From the NCBI GenBank assembly GCA_963833225.1, contig CAWHXD010000008.1, positions 192,001 to 256,000 of the forward strand: 64,000 bases of DNA, given 5' to 3'. The translations under genes and the position numbers were made by a program. Origin of the DNA: an uncultured Chloroflexia bacterium. GTDB taxonomy: Bacteria; Chloroflexota; Limnocylindria; Limnocylindrales; CSP1-4. The notes below the pieces were generated by a model. The model was not told the DNA's origin. It did not search any database and was given only the letters and a program-made list of their open reading frames with translations. Shown here piece after piece: positions 51,901 through 60,535 of this stretch (within the stretch, counting starts at the first letter, position 1; each line of letters starts with the position of its first letter).

Positions 51901-52247
51901 AACCGGTCGATGCCGTAGGCCTCGATGTCTCGCTTGGACGTGAAGCCCAGGTCACGCTCGACGTTGACCTCGACCCACAGCCCCTGGCAGTCGAAGCCGT
52001 TCTGGTATCGCTGGTCGTGCCCCAGCATCGCGTGGTAGCGCTGGTAGAGATCCTTGTAGGCACGCCCCCAGGCGTGGTGGACGCCCATCGGGTTGTTGGC
52101 CGTGATCGGCCCGTCGAGGAAGCTCCAGCGCTGGTTGCCGGCGTTCTGGGCGCGCAGGCGGGCGAACGTCCGCCGCTCGGTCCACTCCCCGAGGAGGGCG
52201 TGCTCCTGCGCAACGAAGTCGGGGCGGGCGGAAACGGGTTGGAACAT
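48914..52247 (-). CDS. ileS: isoleucine--tRNA ligase, type 2-like (one apparent frameshift near 49555)
   Basis: FLDGPITAN, VWTTTPWTL, GTGIVHIAP, YPHCWRC, DWMISKKRYWG, WYLRRSR; C-terminal (K)IRQPL...ELNVK...GDAREL.RAIQDLRK continues in a second frame; ileS-lspA-rluD synteny. Confidence 0.93.
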
Positions 52248-52381
52248 CTGGCCTCGATGGAGCGCCGGCGCGGGCGTTCACCGGCCGCGGCGGGGCACCA
52301 GTCTATCGGCAATGCGGCCCCGGTCGCGACGCGACACCAGCCCATCTCCGCGAATCCCGCCTGCGCGTATCATTCGGCCCG

Positions 52382-54217
52382 ATGTCGACTCCCCAGCGGG
52401 CTCCCCGCTCGCGCTCCGCCTTCGGCGCGGCCTTCCTGTCCCTCGTGTTCCCTGGGCTGGGCCACGCCTATGCGGGGGCGCCGGTCCGTGCCCTCGGCTT
52501 TGCGGCCGTGCCGCTGCTGCTGGTCGCGCTGCTCCTCGGGGTCGTGGTCCGCGGCGATCGGGCAGCTCTGCTCGGAATGATGGCCAACCCCGGGATCCTC
52601 ACGGCGATCTTCATCGGCAACATCGTCGTCCTGGTCTACCGGATCGCCGCGGCCGTGGATGCCTGGCAGGTCGCCCGGTTCCTCAACGCGGCCGATGCCT
52701 CGGGTGGCGGCCGGCTCGGGCGGGCCAGGATGCCCCTGCACCCGGTCTCGATCGCGGGGCTGCTGGCCGTCATCCTCGTGATGGGGATCAGCCACGTGGC
52801 GGTGGCCCGCTACGACCTGCTGGGCATGCGGGCCGTCAACTGCATCTTCACCGAGGAGTCCAACCCCGACTGCGAACAGCCAGGCCCGGGCGCCGAGGCC
52901 ACACCGGGGACCTCCGAGGAACCCGCCGCGACCGACCTGCCAGGCGAGTCCGTGCCGCCCGAACCCACCGACGCCGTCCCGACACCGGTGCCGTCGGCAA
53001 CGGGCACCCTGGCGCCTACCCTGCCACCCTGGGACGGCAAGGAGCGGCTCAACATCCTCGCCGTCGGCGTGGACGCCCGTGAGGGTGACGGGTCGAGCTT
53101 CAACACCGACACCCTCATCGTCATCTCGATCGACCCGGTCACCAACCAGGTCGCGATGTTCCAGGTCCCTCGCGACATGGTGGACGTGCCGGTCCCGGCC
53201 AATGCCCGGTCGCTGTGGGGCTCCACCTACGCCGGCAAGATCAACAGCTGGTACAACCAGAACCGGAACCGGACCGACCTGTGGCCGGGCAAGACCGCCA
53301 CCTCGCGCGGGTTCAACGCCCTCAAGGCACTGCTGGGCGAGCTGTACGGCCTCGACATCCGCTACTACGTGAAGGTGGACTTCGGGGGCTTCAAGGACGC
53401 GGTCAACACGCTCGGCGGCCTCCAGGTCAACGTCCAGATGCCCGTCTACGAGAGCCTGTATCCCGCGGGTGTCGGGTACCTGACCCGGCTGTACATCCCC
53501 GCCGGACCGCAGCACATGACCGGCGCCGAGGCCCTGCGCTACGCGCGATCGCGGCACCGGGCAACGGACTTCGACCGCGGCCGCCGGCAGCAACGGGTGC
53601 TCATCTCGCTCAAGGACCAGATGAGCGTCCAGGCGATCTTCGCCAACCTCGACCAGCTCACCACGGACATCGGCCGGGCCGTCAAGACCGACATCCCGGT
53701 CAGCGAGCTCCCCAAGCTGCTGTCGCTCGCCGAGAGCGTCGACACGAAGAACATCCGGTCCTACGTGTTCTCGCCCAACGTCTACGCCAGCGAGTTCCCC
53801 AACTCGTCGCGCGGCTACATCATCACCCCCAACCTGTCGCGCATCCGGCGGGCCGTCAAGGAGGCGTTCTCGGTCAGCGCGGACCTGCTCGCCCAGCGCG
53901 ACCGTCTCGGCGAGGAGGAGGCGCGGGTCTGGGTCATGGACGCGTCCGGGCAGCACCTGTCGGCAGGCAACGCCGAGTGGCTCGCGTACAACGGACTGGA
54001 TGCCTCGGCTCCGAACAAGAAGGTCGCGAACCAGCTGGCGACCACCGAGATCAAGGTCTACAACGGGGCCGAGACGGCGATGCCGGAGACGGTCAAGTTC
54101 CTGGAGAAGGTCTACGGGGTCACCGTGGTGCCCGTGGCCGACCCGACGGTCACGGTGGACTTCATCATCACGCTCGGCCGCGACGCACCGGACAAGCAGG
54201 TCGACGCCCTCGGTTGA
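52382..54217 (+). CDS. LCP (LytR-CpsA-Psr) family glycopolymer transferase with multi-TM N-terminus and LytR_C-like domain
   Basis: RLNILAVGVD, NTDTLIVISIDP, VPRD, KINS, VDFGGFKDAVN.LGG, ALRYARSR, DFDRGRRQQ. Confidence 0.92.
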   Translation: MSTPQRAPRSRSAFGAAFLSLVFPGLGHAYAGAPVRALGFAAVPLLLVALLLGVVVRGDRAALLGMMANPGILTAIFIGNIVVLVYRIAAAVDAWQVARFLNAADASGGGRLGRARMPLHPVSIAGLLAVILVMGISHVAVARYDLLGMRAVNCIFTEESNPDCEQPGPGAEATPGTSEEPAATDLPGESVPPEPTDAVPTPVPSATGTLAPTLPPWDGKERLNILAVGVDAREGDGSSFNTDTLIVISIDPVTNQVAMFQVPRDMVDVPVPANARSLWGSTYAGKINSWYNQNRNRTDLWPGKTATSRGFNALKALLGELYGLDIRYYVKVDFGGFKDAVNTLGGLQVNVQMPVYESLYPAGVGYLTRLYIPAGPQHMTGAEALRYARSRHRATDFDRGRRQQRVLISLKDQMSVQAIFANLDQLTTDIGRAVKTDIPVSELPKLLSLAESVDTKNIRSYVFSPNVYASEFPNSSRGYIITPNLSRIRRAVKEAFSVSADLLAQRDRLGEEEARVWVMDASGQHLSAGNAEWLAYNGLDASAPNKKVANQLATTEIKVYNGAETAMPETVKFLEKVYGVTVVPVADPTVTVDFIITLGRDAPDKQVDALG

Positions 54218-54293
54218 CGGGACCCCGCGCCCGGCTCAGGACCGCGCGCCCAACCCAGACCCCCCCCCGCTCAGCGCGGCCCCTGGCCGCCGG

Positions 54294-55268
54294 CTACCGG
54301 ATCGCCGTGAGCCAGCCCGCGTACCGGGGATCGTTGCCGCGGACCGCCTTGAAGTAGTGCTCGGAGATCGTGCGGCTGATGGGCCCGATGGCTCCCGTGC
54401 CCACGGCCCGATGGTCGATCTCGACGACCGGGCTCACCTGGACCCCGGTCCCGCACAGGAAGACCTCGTCGCAGACATAGAGCTCCGAGCGGTCCACGGA
54501 CCGGACCTCGCTCGGGATCCCGAGGTCCGCGGCCAGCGTCAGGACCGCCTTGCGGGTGACGCCCTCGAGGATGTCGTCCGACACCGGCGGCGTGATCACG
54601 ACGCCGTCGCGAACCATGAACAGGTTGGCGGCAGACGCCTCCGATGCGTGCCCGTCGGGGGTCATGACCAGGGCCTCGTCAAAGCCGTTGAGCTCCGCCT
54701 CGGACTTCTGGAATGCCATGTTGACGTAGCCGCCGACGATCTTGCCGCGAGCCGGCAGGGCCTCGTCAGCGTTGCGCCGCCAGGTGCTCGTCATGACCCG
54801 GACGCCCTTCTCGATGTCGATGTAGTTCCCGAAGGGCGACGTGATCACGTACAGCTGGTGGTCGAGGTGGTGGAGCCGGACGCCGATCGCGAGGGTGCTC
54901 TTGTAGAACGACGGCCGGATGTAGACGTCCTCGCGGAACTGGTTCCGGCGCACGGTCTCGAGCACGATCTGCTCGAGCTCGTCGACCGAGGGCACATCCT
55001 CCATCAGGAGCATCTTGGCGCTGTTGCGGATCCGCGCGAGGTGCTCACGCACGAACAGGACGTACAGCGTCTCCTGCTCGGCGTTCCAGTAGCCCCGGAT
55101 GCCCTCGAACGTCGCCGTGCCGTACATGAACGCGTGGGTCATGATGCTGACCTTCGCGTCGCGCAGCGGGACGTACTCGCCCTCGAAGTAGGCGATCAGG
55201 TCTTCGACGGATCGCGGCTGGGCGGGGACGGCCTCGGCCGGAGGATCGGACGGCTGCTGGGTGAGCAT
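54294..55268 (-). CDS. ilvE: branched-chain amino acid aminotransferase (class IV)
   Basis: YGTATFEGIRGY, HLARIRNSA, YIRP, GFDEAL, ANLF, ILEGVTR, DEVFLCGTG. Confidence 0.94.
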   Translation of the reverse strand: MLTQQPSDPPAEAVPAQPRSVEDLIAYFEGEYVPLRDAKVSIMTHAFMYGTATFEGIRGYWNAEQETLYVLFVREHLARIRNSAKMLLMEDVPSVDELEQIVLETVRRNQFREDVYIRPSFYKSTLAIGVRLHHLDHQLYVITSPFGNYIDIEKGVRVMTSTWRRNADEALPARGKIVGGYVNMAFQKSEAELNGFDEALVMTPDGHASEASAANLFMVRDGVVITPPVSDDILEGVTRKAVLTLAADLGIPSEVRSVDRSELYVCDEVFLCGTGVQVSPVVEIDHRAVGTGAIGPISRTISEHYFKAVRGNDPRYAGWLTAIR

Positions 55269-55378
55269 GGGTCGGCTCCAGGTCGCGTGCGGCGATCAGC
55301 CGCGGGTGCCTCGTGACGGCAGCAGTCTAGCACCGGGCCCCCGGCGCCAGGCCGGGGGCCGTCCCGTCGAAACGGGGG

Positions 55379-56440
55379 TCAGCCGACGGGGAGCACGCCC
55401 GCGATCGCCAGGCCGACGATCGTCAGGTACACCACGTAGAGCGCGCCGCCGACAAGCAGCCAGCGCCCGTCCAGGCGGTTGCGGCGCCACATGGGCCCGA
55501 ACACCGCGGCGACCGCGAGGAACGCGATTCCGGCCGACAGGAACGCGACCAGCGAGTGCTCGTTGACGTGCCAGGCCGACCCCGCGAGCACGAGCGCCAC
55601 GACCGTGGGGATGGCCGACTGGAACACCATCGCGCCGGTGATGTTGCCCATCGCGAGGGTGTCCTTGCCCTGGCGGACCCAGATCAGCGAGTTGAACTTC
55701 TCGGGCAGCTCGGTGGCGATCGGGGCGATCACGAGCGCCACCAGCAGCTCGCTGACCCCGAGCGTCCTGGACACGCTCTCCACGGCCCCCACGAACAGGT
55801 AGGCGCCGCCGATGATGCAGCCGAGGGCGAACAGCACCTGGAACCCGACCACCCGCAGCCGGGGGGTCAGCGGGTCGGCTTCGTGGCCGGACCGGTCCAT
55901 CCGGCGAAAGCGCAGGGGCTCCAGCTCATCCTCGTGATCCTCAGCCTCGGCGTCCAGGTGCCCCTTCACGTAGATCACGTAGATCCCGATCAGCACCACG
56001 GCCACGCCCAGGCGCGCCACGCCCATGTCGGGCGGCAGGAACGCCGTCGCGATCGCCAGCGCGTAGGCGATCAGGAAGTAGCGGATGTCGTGGACGAGGA
56101 CGGTGGTGTCCACCACCATCCGGGTCCCCGTCAGCCGGCGGCGCCGGAAGGCGATGACCCCGATCCCGGTGACGAACATGGCCAGGGTTGACAGCATGAA
56201 CGGCGCGCCCAGGATCGCGCCGACGCCCACCGCCTCGGTCGTCTCGCGTCCCCCGCCAAACCCGATGGCGATCAGCGGGATCATGGTCTCGGGCAGGGCC
56301 GTGCCAACGGCGGCGAGCACCGAGCCCACCGCACCCTGCGCCAGGCTGAGCTTCCGTCCGAACCACTCGATGCCGTTGGTGAACAGCTCCGCTCCGAGGA
56401 GGATCACCACGAACGCGATCGCGAGCACGATCAGGTCCAT
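55379..56440 (-). CDS. sodium:calcium exchanger family membrane protein
   Basis: Two alpha-repeats (LAAVGTALPE and IAPIATELPE), AMGNITG, about 10 TM segments. Confidence 0.85.
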   Translation of the reverse strand: MDLIVLAIAFVVILLGAELFTNGIEWFGRKLSLAQGAVGSVLAAVGTALPETMIPLIAIGFGGGRETTEAVGVGAILGAPFMLSTLAMFVTGIGVIAFRRRRLTGTRMVVDTTVLVHDIRYFLIAYALAIATAFLPPDMGVARLGVAVVLIGIYVIYVKGHLDAEAEDHEDELEPLRFRRMDRSGHEADPLTPRLRVVGFQVLFALGCIIGGAYLFVGAVESVSRTLGVSELLVALVIAPIATELPEKFNSLIWVRQGKDTLAMGNITGAMVFQSAIPTVVALVLAGSAWHVNEHSLVAFLSAGIAFLAVAAVFGPMWRRNRLDGRWLLVGGALYVVYLTIVGLAIAGVLPVG

Positions 56441-56441
56441 G

Positions 56442-56834
56442 TCAGCCCTCCAGCCCGAGAGCGGCGACGATCGAGATCACCACGACCAGCAGCACGAGGA
56501 GCGACACCAGGGCCAGCCGGCCGTCGCGGGCGGCCAGGAATCCAAGACCGGCGACCACGACCCGCCCGACGGGCAGGGTCACGATGAGGGCGATCCCCGC
56601 CCACAGGAAGCCACCTGGCTGGAGGGCGACCATGTCGGCCGGAATGCGCGACGGGTCGAAGGGCGGCAGGCCGGAGCGGGTCAGCGGATCGATGCCACCG
56701 GCGAGCATCAGCAGGACTCCCACGAGGACGAGGGCCATCGCGAGCCAGGTGCCGGCCACCAGCATCCGTCCGATCACCGCCTCCAGGGCGTCCGCCGCAT
56801 CACGCCGGCCCCGAGCGGCCTCCTCGACGCTCAC
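56442..56834 (-). CDS. DUF1634 family membrane protein
   Basis: LEAVIGRML..G...GIALIVTLPVGRVV; 3 TM segments; directly downstream of a TauE gene. Confidence 0.8.
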   Translation of the reverse strand: MSVEEAARGRRDAADALEAVIGRMLVAGTWLAMALVLVGVLLMLAGGIDPLTRSGLPPFDPSRIPADMVALQPGGFLWAGIALIVTLPVGRVVVAGLGFLAARDGRLALVSLLVLLVVVISIVAALGLEG

Positions 56835-57733
56835 AGGCCCATCGCCCGCATGCTCATCTGGATTGCCGTGTACACGAGGACCGCGACAAACAGCCAGCGG
56901 AGGAACCGGAGGTCCACGCGGTGGGCCAGGCGCGAGCCCATCGATGCTCCGATGAAGACCCCCAGCGCCACCGGGCCGGCGACGAACGGGTCGATCTGGT
57001 CCCGCAACAGGTAGATGACCGCCGACGAGGTCGCCGTGATGCCCATCATCATGTTGCTGGTCGCCGTCGAGGTCCGCAGCGGAACACCCATCAGGAGGTG
57101 CATGACCGGCACCTTGATGATCCCGCCCCCCACGCCCAGCAGCGCGGAGTTGAGGCCCGCGAACACCGCCCCCACCATGCCCAGGGGGAGGCTGTGGATG
57201 CGGTAGCCGGGGCCGGAGATCCGGGCCGCCAGCGAGCCGTCGGCCCCCTGCTCCGATGGGGCCGTGTCGATCACGTGCGCAGGTTGGACCGGCTCCCGCA
57301 GGATGGGCTCCGCCCCGAACGACACCAGGTCATCGTCCGCGGTGCCGGGCGCTGTGGCCGGGGCGCGTGGCGGATCCTTGCGCCGGATCATGGAGATCGC
57401 CACCCAGGTCAGGAGCGCGGCGAACAGGGCCGCGAGCACGCGGTCGGCGATCAGGAACGCGATCAGGCCGCCGACGAGCGCACCGCCGGCGGAGAACAGC
57501 TCGAGCGTCATGCCCAGCCGCAGATTGGCGACGTGCCGCTGGAGGTAGACGGCGGCCGAGGCACTCGAGGTCACGATCACGGACACGAGCGAGACCGCCA
57601 CCGCCTCGCGCAGCGGCAGGCCGAACCCGAGGGTCAGCAGCGGCACGATGAGGATGCCGCCCCCGAGCCCCAAGAGCGACCCAAAGGTGCCGGCCGCGGC
57701 GCCGCCGACGAGCAGGACGAGCCCGGCGATCAC
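56831..57733 (-). CDS. sulfite exporter TauE/SafE family protein
   Basis: GSLLGLGGGILIVP, LLGVGGGIIKVP...MGVPLR.STATS. Confidence 0.9.
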   Translation of the reverse strand: MIAGLVLLVGGAAAGTFGSLLGLGGGILIVPLLTLGFGLPLREAVAVSLVSVIVTSSASAAVYLQRHVANLRLGMTLELFSAGGALVGGLIAFLIADRVLAALFAALLTWVAISMIRRKDPPRAPATAPGTADDDLVSFGAEPILREPVQPAHVIDTAPSEQGADGSLAARISGPGYRIHSLPLGMVGAVFAGLNSALLGVGGGIIKVPVMHLLMGVPLRTSTATSNMMMGITATSSAVIYLLRDQIDPFVAGPVALGVFIGASMGSRLAHRVDLRFLRWLFVAVLVYTAIQMSMRAMGL

Positions 57734-57793
57734 CGCGGGTCGAGCGGAGCTGCCCCCGCCTCCACCGTGTGTCCGCCGCGCTCGGTCACGGGA

Positions 57794-58054
57794 CTAGGGG
57801 CGCAGGTGCTGGGGCGCGTACGGGAGCAGGGCCACGTGGCGCGCCCGCTTGAGCGCGACCGAGAGCTCGCGCTGGTGCGCGGCGCAGGTGCCGGTCTTGC
57901 GGCGGGGCTCGATCTTCGCGCGCTCGGACAGGTAGCGGCGGAGGCGGTTGACCTCCTTGTAGTCGATCGCGACCGTCTTGTCGGCGCAGAAGGAGCAGAC
58001 CTTCCGGCGCCGGCGATCCCGGTAGTCGTCGCGCTTCTTCATGCGGGGCGGCAT
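57794..58054 (-). CDS. rpsR: 30S ribosomal protein S18 (Zn-binding type)
   Basis: RRKVCSFC...IDYK...[31 protein letters not shown]. Confidence 0.98.
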   Translation of the reverse strand: MPPRMKKRDDYRDRRRRKVCSFCADKTVAIDYKEVNRLRRYLSERAKIEPRRKTGTCAAHQRELSVALKRARHVALLPYAPQHLRP

Positions 58055-58118
58055 TGGTATCTCCTGGCTGTGGTGGCGGGCTGTCCGCCGGGGCGGCCGT
58101 CAGGCCGCGGAAGGATCG

Positions 58119-58616
58119 TCAGAACGGGAGGTCGTCGAGGTCGTCGTCACGCGGCGGGGCGGCCGGGCGGGTGGGTCGGACGGGCTCGCCGCCACCGCTG
58201 CCGGTCCCGCCACCGCTGCCGGTCCCGCCGCCGCTGAGGCCGCCGGATGGAGCCTTGAACGAGCCCCCCTCCTCGTCGCGGACCCGCGCATCGAGGCTGA
58301 TGACGTTGTCCGCGGTGATCTCCAGCGAGACCCGCTTCTGGCCGTCACGGCCCTCGAACTCGCGCGTGCGGAAGCGGCCTTCGACAAAGACCTTGTTGCC
58401 CTTGCGGAATTGCTCGGCAGTTCGCTCCGCCCGGTCCCCCCAGACGGTGACGCGGTACCAGTCGGTCTGGTCGTCCTGCCACTCGCCCGTCTGCGCGTCC
58501 CGGCTCCGATGGCTGACGGCAACGGAGAACTCCGTCACCGGCCTCCCGTTGGGCGTGTAGCGCATCTCGGGATCACGCCCGAGGTTGCCGATGATCATGA
58601 CCTTCGCGAATGCCAT
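58119..58616 (-). CDS. ssb: single-stranded DNA-binding protein
   Basis: KVMIIGNLGRDPEMRYT, KGNKVFVEGR, Gly-rich linker, DDLPF tip. Confidence 0.97.
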   Translation of the reverse strand: MAFAKVMIIGNLGRDPEMRYTPNGRPVTEFSVAVSHRSRDAQTGEWQDDQTDWYRVTVWGDRAERTAEQFRKGNKVFVEGRFRTREFEGRDGQKRVSLEITADNVISLDARVRDEEGGSFKAPSGGLSGGGTGSGGGTGSGGGEPVRPTRPAAPPRDDDLDDLPF

Positions 58617-58632
58617 CGCTGGCTCTCCTCGC

Positions 58633-59082
58633 TCAGTCGATGGCCGCGGGTGCGGCCTCGCTCTCGGATTCGTCGATCCGCTCTTCCGAGTCCTCGTCAG
58701 CGTCGTCATCCTCGGAGGACGGGACGTCGGAGTCATCGTCGGAGTCGGAGTCGTCCTGGTCGCCGCTGGCGGACGCGTCGCGTCGGACCTTGACGGGCCT
58801 GACGGTTCGGGTCACGAGGTACCGCAGCACGTCCTCGGTGATCTGGAGGCTGCGTTCCATCTCGGCGATGGCCTCTGCCGGGGACTCGAAGACCACGATG
58901 TGGTACGAGCCCTCGCGGTAGCGGTCGATCGGATAGGCAAGGCGACGGCGCCCCCAGGGCGCCACCTTGACGATCTGGCCGCCCGACGCGACGACATAGC
59001 GCGTGGTGCGGTCGATGACCGCCGCGGCACGCTCATCCGGCACATCCGGCTTGAGCACGAGCATGAGTTCATAGCGGCGCAC
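58633..59082 (-). CDS. rpsF: 30S ribosomal protein S6 with acidic tail
   Basis: RRYELMLVLKPD...WGRRRLAYPI...EG.Y...VLRYL. Confidence 0.97.
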   Translation of the reverse strand: MRRYELMLVLKPDVPDERAAAVIDRTTRYVVASGGQIVKVAPWGRRRLAYPIDRYREGSYHIVVFESPAEAIAEMERSLQITEDVLRYLVTRTVRPVKVRRDASASGDQDDSDSDDDSDVPSSEDDDADEDSEERIDESESEAAPAAID

Positions 59083-59091
59083 GGCCTGCTG

Positions 59092-59150
59092 TACTCCTTC
59101 CAATGGGATCTGCCCCGCTGACGGCGTGCCGGCACGGGGCCGAAAGGACG
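59092..59150 (-). promoter_or_regulatory. S6:S18-binding rpsF leader
   Basis: Minus strand TCCTTTC pairs with the SD-containing GGAAGGA, inner stem CCCCG/CGGGG, unpaired CCC just 5' of the SD strand; extended -10 TGcTATCCT at 59156-59164. Confidence 0.7.
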
Positions 59151-59320
59151 ACCGGAGGATAGCATGGGCACCGATCCCGGCCCTGCGCGCCCGCCGATTT
59201 CCCTGGCATGGTCTATCGCTGGCATGGTCCGCCATCTCGCGGGCGCGCGGCGGGCTGGTGGCACGTGCCGTATCCTTCCGCCGTCACCACTGCCCAAGTA
59301 GCGAAGCTCCCGGGAGAGGC

Positions 59321-60535
59321 GTGCAGCTTTCGATCCTCCTCCTTGCGGCCGAGCGGTCGGCCGTCCAGACGCTCGTCACCGCGCTGGCCCAGCCGGGGCA
59401 TGGCGTGACCGTCGTCACGCGTCCCGATGAGGCCGTGACCGCGGCGGCCGGGTACAGCCTGCTCATGATCGATGGCGTGACGCCCCCGGCCACCGTGGGC
59501 GACGTCGTCACGATGCTTCGCGCATCCGTGATGACGGTCGGGTTGCCCGTGCTCGCCATCGCGCACAGCGGCGAGCTCGACGAGAGGATCACGCTGCTCG
59601 AGATGGGCGCCGACGAGGTGATCGCCAAGCCCTTCAACGAGCAGGAGCTCCTCGCGCGCGTCGAAGCCCTCGCCCTGCACTCGCAGAGCGCAGCCTCGGG
59701 CGCTTCAGGCCGGTCCATCGGGGCCATGGGGCGTCACCGCCTGGTGTCCGTGTTCAGCCCCAAGGGCGGCGTCGGCACCACGACCGTGGCCACGAACCTC
59801 GCCCTCATCGCGGCTCAGGCACGCCCCAACCAGGTGCTCCTCATCGACCTTGACCTGTCGTTCGGCCAGGTGGCCTCGCACCTCAACCTGCAGCCCAAGC
59901 AGACACTCCTCGAGCTGTCGCGGGACGAGGCCGCCCTTCACGAGACCGATCTGTTCCGTACCTATGCGATCCACCACGCAAGCGGCCTCCACCTCCTGGC
60001 AGGGCCGCCGTCGCCGTCCTTCGCGGCGCTGATCACCGCGGAGCATGTCGAGCTCGTGCTGGCAAGGGCGATCGAGGCCTACGAGATCGTGGTCCTCGAC
60101 GCCGGGACCGCCCTCGACAACCGCCTGACGACCATCTTCTCGCAGTCCGAGACCGTGGTCGTCCCCGTCCTGCCCGAGATCCCCGCCCTCAACTCGGTCC
60201 ACATCCTGCTCGAGCAGCTCGCGGACTCCGGGGCGCTCGGCGGGCGGACGATGTTCGTGCTCAACAACGCCTTCGCCCGAGACCTGCTCAAGCGAACCGA
60301 CATCGAGGCCGCCCTGGGCAACAAGATCTCGGCCGAGCTCCCCTACGACCCGATCGTGTACCTCAAGGCCGTCAACGAGGGCAACCCCGTCGTCCGCAGC
60401 GCCCCGAAGTCGCTGCCCGCGGAGAAGCTTCGCGCGTTGGCGCTAGCCGTCTTCGGTGGTGCGCTCGCCCCCGCGCCGCCTGCCGATGCTGATGCGCAGA
60501 AGAAGGAGAAACGGGGCCTCTTCGGGCGTCGCTGA
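59321..60535 (+). CDS. receiver domain plus ParA/MinD-like ATPase (CpaE/TadZ family)
   Basis: REC-like ...GADEVIAKPF..ELLARV, deviant Walker A SPKGGVGTTT, LLIDLDLSFG, AVNEGNP, C-terminal KKEKRGLFGRR; GTG start with GGAGAGG. Confidence 0.85.
   Translation: MQLSILLLAAERSAVQTLVTALAQPGHGVTVVTRPDEAVTAAAGYSLLMIDGVTPPATVGDVVTMLRASVMTVGLPVLAIAHSGELDERITLLEMGADEVIAKPFNEQELLARVEALALHSQSAASGASGRSIGAMGRHRLVSVFSPKGGVGTTTVATNLALIAAQARPNQVLLIDLDLSFGQVASHLNLQPKQTLLELSRDEAALHETDLFRTYAIHHASGLHLLAGPPSPSFAALITAEHVELVLARAIEAYEIVVLDAGTALDNRLTTIFSQSETVVVPVLPEIPALNSVHILLEQLADSGALGGRTMFVLNNAFARDLLKRTDIEAALGNKISAELPYDPIVYLKAVNEGNPVVRSAPKSLPAEKLRALALAVFGGALAPAPPADADAQKKEKRGLFGRR

Noticed and set aside
52248-52381. T-box riboswitch upstream of ileS
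   Set aside because: The gap is only 134 bp, is shared with a divergent gene, has a -10 (TAGACT) about 50 nt from the start, and shows no GGTGGNACCGCG T-box sequence.
58185-58235. 18-bp Gly-rich repeat in ssb and an 18-bp duplication in priA (45838-45872)
   Set aside because: Ordinary linker micro-duplications.
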